DNA of 24,124 nucleotides from a virus: UHGV virus genome UHGV-0149432; one strand, 5' to 3'. Shown piece by piece: positions 1 to 7,085 of this stretch (position 1 is its first letter; each line of letters starts with the position of its first letter). The notes under the pieces were generated by a model. It saw only the letters and a program-made list of their open reading frames with translations, ran no database searches and was not told where the DNA came from. The position numbers and the translations under genes were made by a program.

Positions 1-50
1 AAGCGCAGGCGCAGCGATAAAGGAAAAAGATGACGCAGTAATTTATTCAT
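1..50 (-). CDS. phoQ: sensor histidine kinase PhoQ, 5' end only (first ~16 codons; gene continues past window start)
   Basis: Minus-strand ATG at 48-50 overlapping the phoP stop (TAATG); translation [16 protein letters not shown] matches the conserved PhoQ N-terminus; canonical phoP-phoQ operon order. Confidence 0.6.
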   Translation of the reverse strand, partial: MNKLLRHLFPLSLRLR

Positions 51-724
51 TAGCGCAGTTCGAACAGGTATCCCTGACCACGGACGGTGGTAATCACATC
101 ATCAGGATATCGCGCCTGAATTTTTTTGCGTAAGCGCCCCATTAATACATCAATGGTATGGCTTTCACGCAGTTCCGCATCCGGGTAGAGCTGTAGCATC
201 AACGAATCTTTGCTGACGACTTTGCCATTATTGCGGATCAGCGTTTCCATAATGGTGTATTCAAACGCCGTCAATTTTATCACTTCATCATTTACGGACA
301 ATTCACGGCGGGAGAGATCCACCTGAAAAGGCGGAATAGAGATAACCTGCGAGGCCAGGCCGCTGTTGCGGCGCATTAACGCCTGCATACGCGCGACCAC
401 TTCTTCAATATGAAACGGTTTTGTCACGTAGTCGTCGGCGCCGGCGCTCAGCACTTCCACTTTATCCTGCCAGCCCTCACGGGCGGTTAATACCAGAACA
501 GGAAGGGAAACGTCATTGCTGCGCCAGCGGCGGATCAGCGAAAGCCCGTCTTCATCCGGGAGGCCTAAATCGACGATGGCGATGTCCGGCAGATGCTCGT
601 TAAGATAATAATCGGCTTCCTTTGCATCTTCTGCGTCATCAACCTGGTGCCCCAAATCCTGTAATTGAACCTTCAGGTGGTGGCGTAATAAGGCATTATC
701 TTCGACAACCAGTACGCGCATCAT
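50..724 (-). CDS. phoP: two-component response regulator PhoP (OmpR family)
   Basis: 224-aa ORF with receiver domain (VLVVEDN...[14 protein letters not shown]...VLVLTAR) and C-terminal winged helix ([12 protein letters not shown]); near-identical to enterobacterial PhoP; AGGGAG SD upstream; start may be the second Met (721). Confidence 0.95.
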   Translation of the reverse strand: MMRVLVVEDNALLRHHLKVQLQDLGHQVDDAEDAKEADYYLNEHLPDIAIVDLGLPDEDGLSLIRRWRSNDVSLPVLVLTAREGWQDKVEVLSAGADDYVTKPFHIEEVVARMQALMRRNSGLASQVISIPPFQVDLSRRELSVNDEVIKLTAFEYTIMETLIRNNGKVVSKDSLMLQLYPDAELRESHTIDVLMGRLRKKIQARYPDDVITTVRGQGYLFELR

Positions 725-794
725 CTTTTCTCCCTAAATTAACGGTATTAGTAGTTTAACGCTGATTATGTGGATTGAAACCAGCGCTATGAAA
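725..794 (-). promoter_or_regulatory. proximal phoP promoter / 5' UTR remnant and probable prophage attL junction region
   Basis: Only 70 bp separate the integrase stop (795-797) from the phoP start; minus-strand sequence TGGTTTCAATCCACATAATCAGCGTTAAACT...AGGGAGAAAAG resembles a PhoP half-site, -10-like element and SD. Confidence 0.4.
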
Positions 795-2081
795 TTAAAT
801 GACTTTTTTCATACTCCCTCGCCCTTGGGGGCGTCCTGGAGGCAGTGCTGTCGGCATCTGATTGTTCAGCATGTTGACCTGATCCTGGTTCATATCACCA
901 ATCCACTTGGAGTAAACCTCGTATACCATCCGCGCATCTTCATGTCCCATCTGGCTGGCAATGAACGACGGGGTCGCTCCGGCCATCAGCGTCCAGCAGG
1001 CATATGTGTGACGCGACTGATATGGATTGCGCTCACGTATACCTGAAAGTTTAGTCCCACGTTTCCAGCCATACGAAATCGAGTCCTTGGAAAAGTAACC
1101 GCCTTTCGTTGACGAGTATGTTGTCGGTGAAAAAACGAAGCGAAGATATTGCTGCTCAGTTTTTCCGATCTCACGATGATGAAACTGAATTTCCTGTTTT
1201 GGACTGTTCCCAGTGATTTCGTATTGCTCCAGCAGAGCATCATGAGCAGGTTTCAGCAACGTTATCGTCCTTATCCCGGCATCTGTTTTAGGGGGTACAA
1301 ATACTTGCTTGTTCGTCAAATTTCTGGATACGTGGATTTCACCTTTTACCAAATCAATATCTTCCCATGCCAGTGCGCATATCTCGCCCGGCCTCATCCC
1401 TGTATGTACCGCAATAATGATGATTAATGCCTGGCTACGGGGAAGGGCGGCTATCAGTGCCTGGTACTCATGAAGTAAAAGTGGGTCGGGATCATTTTTA
1501 GATAACTTGAGTCGCGACACTCCTTCATAAGGAGCATGCAATATAAACTGGCTTCGGTTTGCAAGCTTCAGCATTTCTGATAAAACAGCCATCTGTTTAT
1601 TGACTGTTGAGGGCGCGCGCCCATTTTTGATGCGGTTTGGTATTGAAGGGTTGAAAACTTCCCCGGTCAGGAGTTCTTTGCGGTAATTCAGAATATCTGC
1701 GTGCTGAATATCAACCAGCCGTGTGTTCTCGCCCACGACTCGTTTCAGGGTGTTAACGACTGATGTGATGGATAGCAAAGTGGCTTCAGATACCTCCAGT
1801 GACTTTGTATCTGTAAAAAAATCACTCAGTTCTTTGAATGTGGAGATCCGTTTTGTGGACGAAAATTTCTTAAGAGCTTTTGATTCCGGGAAACGATCTG
1901 CGTAGTCGAACTTACCGAGTTGTATCTCACTCACAATTGCTGCGCGCAGATTGCCCGCTTTTTTAATGTTGCTACTGTTGACAACCCAACCCTGGAGAAC
2001 TTCGCGGCAACGAATGCCGCGATAGATAAATGTGATCCTGATTTTTCCGTTATGCAGTTCAACACCAGTCGGGTATTTCAT
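795..2081 (-). CDS. int: phage integrase, tyrosine recombinase with N-terminal arm-binding domain
   Basis: 428-aa ORF; N-terminus MKYPTGVELHNGKIRITFIYRG typical of arm-type DNA-binding domain; C-terminal catalytic region with RHTYACW...GHEDARMVYEVYSKW (His/Arg/Tyr); terminal prophage gene, followed by xis. Confidence 0.9.
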   Translation of the reverse strand: MKYPTGVELHNGKIRITFIYRGIRCREVLQGWVVNSSNIKKAGNLRAAIVSEIQLGKFDYADRFPESKALKKFSSTKRISTFKELSDFFTDTKSLEVSEATLLSITSVVNTLKRVVGENTRLVDIQHADILNYRKELLTGEVFNPSIPNRIKNGRAPSTVNKQMAVLSEMLKLANRSQFILHAPYEGVSRLKLSKNDPDPLLLHEYQALIAALPRSQALIIIIAVHTGMRPGEICALAWEDIDLVKGEIHVSRNLTNKQVFVPPKTDAGIRTITLLKPAHDALLEQYEITGNSPKQEIQFHHREIGKTEQQYLRFVFSPTTYSSTKGGYFSKDSISYGWKRGTKLSGIRERNPYQSRHTYACWTLMAGATPSFIASQMGHEDARMVYEVYSKWIGDMNQDQVNMLNNQMPTALPPGRPQGRGSMKKVI

Positions 2082-2296
2082 TAAGCATCCTGAACTAACT
2101 GATTAATCTTCGGGTAGTTGTACCAAAGCAGACCTTTAGAGTTGTCAGTCTGTCCAAGCGCAGTAAGGCGCTTGAAGTGAACACCTTCAACCCATAGCTT
2201 CAGGCGATAATTTTTAATCTGTCCTTCAGTAAGCCCTGTTCTTTCGGTAAGTCTGGACTCAACAACCCACTCTTCGTTAAAAATTACCTGTGACAT
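2081..2296 (-). CDS. xis: excisionase-like protein (DUF1233-type Xis)
   Basis: 71-aa ORF directly upstream of int with overlapping stop/start (ATGA); GAGGTG SD; sequence resembles small excisionases of enterobacterial lambdoid prophages. Confidence 0.7.
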   Translation of the reverse strand: MSQVIFNEEWVVESRLTERTGLTEGQIKNYRLKLWVEGVHFKRLTALGQTDNSKGLLWYNYPKINQLVQDA

Positions 2297-2360
2297 AGTT
2301 CACCTCAGGTAACCGGCGCCAGTATAGATGCGCCGGTGTTGTGACATTGATAATTCGTTA

Positions 2361-2600
2361 TCAGGCTATCTGCCCTGGCAGTGCGCGCAGTCGGCGCATA
2401 CCTGTCATTGCGGTGGCTACATAGCTCTTGTGTCGGTTAACAACTTCAACCGTCACCTTCACGCCGTCGACTGCCACGGTATAAGTGGTCTTTGTTTTCT
2501 GTCGGCCAAACTCCCCGTAAAGTTCAACATGCTTTGCCAGTGCTGCATCGCACGCCCGACGACCTAACGGCGATTGCTTACTGCGATTGATAAGGCGCAT
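2361..2600 (-). CDS. hypothetical phage early protein (79 aa)
   Basis: ORF with GGGGG SD 4 nt upstream of the ATG; position in leftward early operon after xis; no recognisable motif. Confidence 0.4.
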   Translation of the reverse strand: MRLINRSKQSPLGRRACDAALAKHVELYGEFGRQKTKTTYTVAVDGVKVTVEVVNRHKSYVATAMTGMRRLRALPGQIA

Positions 2601-2639
2601 ATAACCCCCTGTGACGGGAGGGCCGCCCTCCCGCCTCCC

Positions 2640-3050
2640 TTAGCCCACGTATTCCGGTTTCATGTCGTCCAGGGTGATGCGGAACTGGTCATACAGTTCA
2701 TCGCCCAGATGACGTTTGGCTGCGGTGAGCGTACTTTCAGCTTTAGCGAACATCGCTGTGGCTTCCGGTTCGCCGGGATTTGGAAGTGAGTTGATCACAG
2801 CCCCGACCTTGTTCTGCGCATCGACCTGGTAGTAACGTTTCACCGCCTTATTTTTCAGTTCGGTGTACAGGGCGGTTCCCAGCAACACTTTCTGTGATTC
2901 GATATCCACGCGAATGGCTTTTGCCTGAACAACGGAGCTTGCTGTATCAATGCGATCGCGTAGATCGTCGGCAACGGCATCAACGTTAGTTGCCGATTCC
3001 TGCGCGCTGGTCGTGGTGCTAACCTCGCCAGTGATTTCCTGTACGCTCAT
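2640..3050 (-). CDS. hypothetical phage early protein (137 aa from ATG at 3050; ORF is open to a GTG at 3272, so may be up to 210 aa)
   Basis: Long open frame on minus strand; only internal ATG at 3048-3050; hydrophilic, Ala/Thr/Val-rich product; start uncertain because no clear SD at either candidate. Confidence 0.4.
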   Translation of the reverse strand: MSVQEITGEVSTTTSAQESATNVDAVADDLRDRIDTASSVVQAKAIRVDIESQKVLLGTALYTELKNKAVKRYYQVDAQNKVGAVINSLPNPGEPEATAMFAKAESTLTAAKRHLGDELYDQFRITLDDMKPEYVG

Positions 3051-3534
3051 GCGCTGGACTGGCGCAGGGTTATTCGCTCTGACGAGTTCAACGAATTGCG
3101 TAATAAAGTCTTTTGTGCTCTGCGTGATGCTCAGAACGATGAACCTGTAAGTGACGCTTACAAGTTGCCAGGCAGATGGATTCCGGTAAGCGAGCGGATG
3201 CCGGATCGCGATGTTGATGTTCAGGTTTACTGCGCTGATAAGAAAGAGTAGATGGTCGGATACATTGAGCACAATGAAACAGATGGATGGTTTAGGTTTG
3301 CATCACTTCCGAATGGTGGTGGTGTTTATTGCAAGCCAACTCACTGGATGCCACTGCCAGCAGCACCGCAGCAGGAGGCATGATGGATCAACTTCTGCAA
3401 TACACCACCAATCGGATTATAGAGCTGGAAAACCTGCTGCTGGTGGATGTTGAGGAAGCTGTTTGACCAGCAGAAGTGAAAATGGTTTTTTCTCAGGTTG
3501 AGAACGCCGGGGATCTCCCGGCGCACCATAGTTT

Positions 3535-3939
3535 TCATGGCTGACCTTCGAAGTTCCATCTTGCGGAACCCATATTAAAGTAAACTCTCCGATCGGTAAA
3601 CGCCGGGAATGTCGCTCTTTCAGAAGCTTTTTGCAATGCAGCGCAATAATCTTTGTCACCACCTTTCACGATAAAATTTTGCAGGGTGCCATCGACTTTG
3701 AAATCCAGATGAGCGTCACATCTTTTACCATTCCAGGCATGGGGCTCTGTAAGTGCTGCGTCCAAAGCTTTTTTTATTCTGGATGAGTACCATCCATATA
3801 TATCCTTATCCGACACTTTACCTGAACTCTTATATTCGCATGATTCCATTGCGTTTTTTTTCTGACAGCCTGTAGGTGCAAGAGGGGAGCAACCTGCAAT
3901 GGTTAATGTCACCACAATCAACATTAAAAATTTTATCAT
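3535..3939 (-). CDS. outer-membrane lipoprotein with TolA C-terminal (domain III)-like domain
   Basis: 134-aa ORF; signal peptide MIKFLMLIVVTLTIAGC with lipobox IAGC and Ser at +2; mature part (GKRCDAHLDFKVDGTLQNFIVKGGDKDYCAALQKASERATFPAF) follows the TolA domain III pattern GKxC...DG.L......GGD..C.A...A. Confidence 0.75.
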   Translation of the reverse strand: MIKFLMLIVVTLTIAGCSPLAPTGCQKKNAMESCEYKSSGKVSDKDIYGWYSSRIKKALDAALTEPHAWNGKRCDAHLDFKVDGTLQNFIVKGGDKDYCAALQKASERATFPAFTDRRVYFNMGSARWNFEGQP

Positions 3940-3959
3940 ATATGTTTCCCGTCATGCTG

Positions 3960-3979
3960 CAATTCAATTTATTGAATTG
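3960..3979. promoter_or_regulatory. operator-like inverted repeat CAATTCAAT-tt-ATTGAATTG
   Basis: Perfect 9-bp arms with 2-bp spacer, about 20 bp upstream of the lipoprotein start in a divergent intergenic region. Confidence 0.4.
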
Positions 3980-4015
3980 TATAGTTATTTTCAGATATTT
4001 AAAATATGATAGTTA

Positions 4016-4054
4016 CATTACTTCTTCAGTAATGAAGTGACAGACTTCATTACT
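4016..4054. promoter_or_regulatory. cluster of overlapping dyad symmetries (CATTACT/AGTAATG units)
   Basis: CATTACT-tcttc-AGTAATG (4016-4034) overlapping AGTAATGAAGT-gacag-ACTTCATTACT (4028-4054); the 7-mer CATTACT recurs at 4016 and 4048. Confidence 0.4.
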
Positions 4055-4094
4055 AATGTTTCAACTGCACGAAATCTACCACGCAGGGTTTCCC

Positions 4095-4118
4095 GCTGCG
4101 GTAATGCTGTGCCGCAGC
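4095..4118. promoter_or_regulatory. inverted repeat GCTGCGG-N10-CCGCAGC
   Basis: 7-bp arms with 10-bp spacer in the same divergent control region; a further IR GTGCTCTC-N10-GAGAGCAC lies at 4180-4205 just upstream of the SD of the 4231 ORF. Confidence 0.3.
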
Positions 4119-4230
4119 CGTTCGACGAGGCCCTAGTATTGAAAGAGACCGTGGCCTAATAATATTTGTTTACGCTGATGTGCTCTCCATAACATCAGAG
4201 AGCACGTATCATTGAGTGTCAGGAGGATTC

Positions 4231-4431
4231 ATGAGTGTTGGAAAGGCAGAGCCAAAAAATCCGAATGCGGCTGATTACATAATTTATGCTCGCCTTGATG
4301 CTGGAGAATCGCTGGAGAGCATCATAGCTAACCCACCGACAACGAAGTATGGAAGGCTTACTTGCGAGAGCAATATTAGGCAAGAATATGGTTTCTGGAA
4401 GCGATGGAGAAAGATGCATCCACGTCCGTAA
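4231..4431 (+). CDS. hypothetical small protein (66 aa), first gene of the rightward operon
   Basis: ATG at 4231 preceded by AGGAGG (4221-4226); ORF track frame 4216-4431; no recognisable motif. Confidence 0.45.
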   Translation: MSVGKAEPKNPNAADYIIYARLDAGESLESIIANPPTTKYGRLTCESNIRQEYGFWKRWRKMHPRP

Positions 4432-4572
4432 ACTAACCCGATGAGGCTATTTTTTAGTCCAGAATATTTTAATGTCATATTAATAGAATGAGAAAAATAA
4501 TCTATTCAGAGCTCCCGTTCAGGCGGCTATGCGAAGGTGTGGCCGCTCCGATAAAATTTACGGAGTTCTGTT

Positions 4573-4785
4573 ATGAAATCACAAAAGCGCGCTCTGCGCC
4601 GACATCATGCTGCAAGGCTTAAATCAAAACGCAGACATTACCGCAATGCGTGTTCTGGTGGGCCAGTTGCATTTGGTAAGGTCTACCATACACCATGTCT
4701 GTGCTCCTGTTGGATGTGTGGTCATCAGCGCAGGTACCACGGTATGGGAAGACAAGAAATTAAAGCCAGGGCGCGATGCTCTTAA
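4573..4785 (+). CDS. hypothetical small basic Cys/His-rich protein (70 aa)
   Basis: ATG with GGAG SD 7 nt upstream; followed immediately by a strong intrinsic terminator; an alternative overlapping frame (4607-4792) lacks an SD. Confidence 0.35.
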   Translation: MKSQKRALRRHHAARLKSKRRHYRNACSGGPVAFGKVYHTPCLCSCWMCGHQRRYHGMGRQEIKARARCS

Positions 4786-4790
4786 TGATT

Positions 4791-4814
4791 AACCCCGCTT
4801 CGGCGGGTTTTTTT
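4791..4814 (+). terminator. Rho-independent terminator
   Basis: AACCCGC-ttcg-GCGGGTT stem-loop followed by TTTTTTT. Confidence 0.6.
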
Positions 4815-4887
4815 ACGCCTGGAATTTGTGTCTGCAGGTTAACTATTCGTGCTCTTAAATCGTTGATCATTCTGATTTATAGGTGTG

Positions 4888-4903
4888 CTGTATAAATATA
4901 CAG
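4888..4903 (+). promoter_or_regulatory. LexA (SOS) box
   Basis: CTGTATAAATATACAG matches the CTGT-N8-ACAG LexA operator consensus; located 20 nt upstream of the dinI-like start and overlapping an AT-rich -10-like element. Confidence 0.7.
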
Positions 4904-4923
4904 TTTTCGTGGTGGAGCCCATT

Positions 4924-5157
4924 ATGAAAATTGAATTAACCATTGATCGTACTAAGAAACTTCCTGATGGCGCAGTGCTAGCATTAGAAGCTGAACTGTT
5001 ACGCAGACTCAGTCAGAGCTATGAAGATGTGAAACTGACAGTTCGTCGCGCCGGAGCTGACGGCCTGAGTATTCTGGGGGGTGAAAAAGGGGATAAGCAG
5101 TGCATTGAGGAGATTCTCCAGGATACCTGGGAAAGCGCTGACGACTGGTTTTACTAA
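4924..5157 (+). CDS. dinI: DinI-family damage-inducible protein homolog
   Basis: 77-aa product MKIELTIDRTKKLPDGAVLALEAELLRRL...ILQDTWESADDWFY closely resembles DinI (C-terminal TWESADDWF motif); GGAG SD; LexA box upstream. Confidence 0.85.
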   Translation: MKIELTIDRTKKLPDGAVLALEAELLRRLSQSYEDVKLTVRRAGADGLSILGGEKGDKQCIEEILQDTWESADDWFY

Positions 5158-5186
5158 CATTGCGCTTGGGGCTGGCGCGCATTTTT
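5158..5186 (+). terminator. possible weak intrinsic terminator after the dinI-like gene
   Basis: TGCGC...GCGCA stem followed by TTTTT. Confidence 0.3.
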
Positions 5187-5273
5187 CAGAATACCGCAAT
5201 TTGCGTATCCCTTTGATGCTGCTGCCGACAATTTTTAACCGCGTCTGTATGTCGCTCGAAGGGAGAACAGAAT

Positions 5274-5522
5274 GTGAGTAATTCAGCTTTGCAAACGTCA
5301 GAAGATAACTGGTATGACATTGTAAGACGGTCTGACGGCTGCGTGGTGTTTAGCTTTCCTTCGTCGGGCAGGCATCTTATCTATCGCGTCAATGGCATGG
5401 TTTCCATGCGGCCTTTGCTGGATGATGAAGAAGTCTTTACTCCCAATGGCTTTATGCAATTTATTCGCCGTCTCGGCTACCGGGTAACGCCACCTTCTGA
5501 TAATATGAAATCAACGGTCTGA
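5274..5522 (+). CDS. hypothetical protein (82 aa)
   Basis: ORF with GTG start and AAGGGAGA SD-like sequence upstream; no recognisable motif. Confidence 0.4.
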   Translation: MSNSALQTSEDNWYDIVRRSDGCVVFSFPSSGRHLIYRVNGMVSMRPLLDDEEVFTPNGFMQFIRRLGYRVTPPSDNMKSTV

Positions 5523-5559
5523 ACAGCCGTTAACCTGCTGCGCCACGGAGTGAACAACC

Positions 5560-6159
5560 ATGGCGCAATTACATCTTATTAAGCAGTCGACCGGAATACT
5601 GATCCCCGCTACGCCGGAGACCAGTGATTTTCTGCAATCAAAATGCAAGCTCGGCTCCGTTCTGGTTGCCGACTTTAAGCTTGTCCGCAATCCGGCATTT
5701 CATCGCCGTTTCTTTGCGCTCCTGAATCTCGGGTTCGAATACTGGGAACCAACCGGCGGCGCTATTTCTTCGAATGAACGCAAACTCGTTAACGGTTATG
5801 CCAGATTCCTTGCCTCATACGGCGGCAATGAAAGCGCTCTGCTGGATGCTGCCGAGCAGTATCTGGAGCAGATCGCCAGTCGCCGTATCACGAACGGAAT
5901 CAGCCTGTGTAAATCCTTTGATGCATACCGGGCCTGGGTAACTGTTGAGGCCGGTCACTTTGACGCCATCCAGTTACCAGATGGCACGCTCCGCAAACAC
6001 CCTCGCAGCATCGCGTTCGCCAGTATGGACGAAACCGAATTCCAGCACCTCTATAAGGCCGCACTCGATGTCCTGTGGCGCTGGATCTTGTCCCGCACTT
6101 TCAACAGCAGGGAAGAGGCCGAAAATGCCGCCGCCCAGCTTATGAGCTTTGCGGGGTGA
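5560..6159 (+). CDS. conserved lambdoid nin-region protein (DUF1367-like, recalled from memory)
   Basis: 199-aa ORF, ATG with ACGGAG SD; lies immediately upstream of ninG as in many lambdoid prophages. Confidence 0.6.
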   Translation: MAQLHLIKQSTGILIPATPETSDFLQSKCKLGSVLVADFKLVRNPAFHRRFFALLNLGFEYWEPTGGAISSNERKLVNGYARFLASYGGNESALLDAAEQYLEQIASRRITNGISLCKSFDAYRAWVTVEAGHFDAIQLPDGTLRKHPRSIAFASMDETEFQHLYKAALDVLWRWILSRTFNSREEAENAAAQLMSFAG

Positions 6160-6365
6160 TGGCGATGAAGTATTCATATTTTCATCACACGGAATGCACC
6201 ACCGAGCAGGCAGAGCGCCTGATTGCCGATTATCAGTCTCGCGGCGTCAGAGCCCAAAAGAGCCTCAATCCTGATTTCCTGACCTGGACAGTCAGCGCGA
6301 AATTACAAGAATGCGAACGTCCGGCGCGGACGCCGAGAACCTTCCGACAAAAAGGATGGGGGTGA
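6159..6365 (+). CDS. hypothetical nin-region protein (68 aa)
   Basis: ATG at 6159 overlapping the stop of the upstream gene (TGATG); translationally coupled small ORF. Confidence 0.45.
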   Translation: MAMKYSYFHHTECTTEQAERLIADYQSRGVRAQKSLNPDFLTWTVSAKLQECERPARTPRTFRQKGWG

Positions 6366-6367
6366 TT

Positions 6368-6948
6368 ATGGCTAATAATCAGAAAAAGCGCCCTCGCCGA
6401 AAATGCACAGTATGCCGTGAGTGGTTTAACCCGGTCCGTCATGAGCAGTACGTCTAGTCGTGAATGACGCAGCCAAAGCCGAGAAGCAACGGAAAGATAA
6501 AAAGCGCCGACTTGGGGGGGAGAAGGCCGAACGTAAGCGTCTGGCTGAGCGTTGTCAGGCAGTGAAACCACTCAGCTACTTCATTAAGCAGGCCCAGCAG
6601 GCCTTTAACGAGTTCATCCGCTACCGTGACAGGCATCTGCCATGCATCAGTTGTGGGCGTCACCATGAAGGGCAGTATCACGCCGGTCACTTCCGCACGA
6701 CCGGCGCAAACCCTGAGTTGCGGTTTAATGAAGACAACTGTCATCGCCAGTGCGCCCCCTGCAATAACCATCTGTCAGGAAACCTAATTGCCTATCGACC
6801 GGCGCTGATCACCAAAATCAGCCAGGCCCGCTTTGATGCCCTTATGGGGCCGCACGAATTACCCAAATGGAAACGTGAAGACTACATCCGAATTCGTGAT
6901 GAGTACCGGGCAAAACTCAAAGAGTTGAAGCGTCAGGAGGCTGCATGA
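6368..6948 (+). pseudogene. ninG: ninG (rap)-like recombination protein, disrupted by frameshift/deletion
   Basis: N-terminal fragment (6368-6457, MANNQKKRPRRKCTVCREWFNPV..., good SD) matches the NinG N-terminal zinc-ribbon motif and ends at TAG 6455; the NinG-like remainder (KAEKQRKDKKRR...LPCISCG...RFNEDNCHRQCAPCNNHLSGNL...) is in a different frame (6445-6948) and the expected second Cys pair is missing. Confidence 0.6.
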
Positions 6949-7085
6949 AACCAGAAGTGATCGAGATACTCCGTCTGCGCTGGCTGCGTCTCCGCATTTA
7001 TCGCTACCGGGGATCTTTTCCGGTGGCATACCGCATCCTTCGCAATTACATCCGTATTCAGCAGAAAGCAGGGGAAAATCAGTGA
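6945..7085 (+). CDS. hypothetical small Arg-rich protein (45 aa)
   Basis: ATG overlapping the ninG stop (ATGA) with AGGAGG 4 nt upstream; below the ORF-track size cutoff. Confidence 0.35.
   Translation: MKPEVIEILRLRWLRLRIYRYRGSFPVAYRILRNYIRIQQKAGENQ

Noticed and set aside
421-1427. Track ORFs 421-603(+), 768-1046(+), 986-1243(-), 1149-1427(+) overlapping phoP and int
   Set aside because: Lie inside or antisense to well-supported genes, have no SD and give Arg/Cys/His-rich products; out-of-frame artefacts.
3211-3453. 80-aa plus-strand track ORF in the unassigned region
   Set aside because: No SD; His/Cys/Arg-rich product typical of a non-coding frame.
4607-4792. Alternative frame for the small gene upstream of the 4791 terminator
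   Set aside because: No SD before its ATG, whereas the overlapping 4573 frame has GGAG at optimal spacing; kept 4573-4785 but with low confidence.
6441-6460. Programmed -1 frameshift joining the two ninG fragments
   Set aside because: No slippery heptamer or downstream structure in the overlap, and the expected conserved Cys pair is missing, which points to a deletion.
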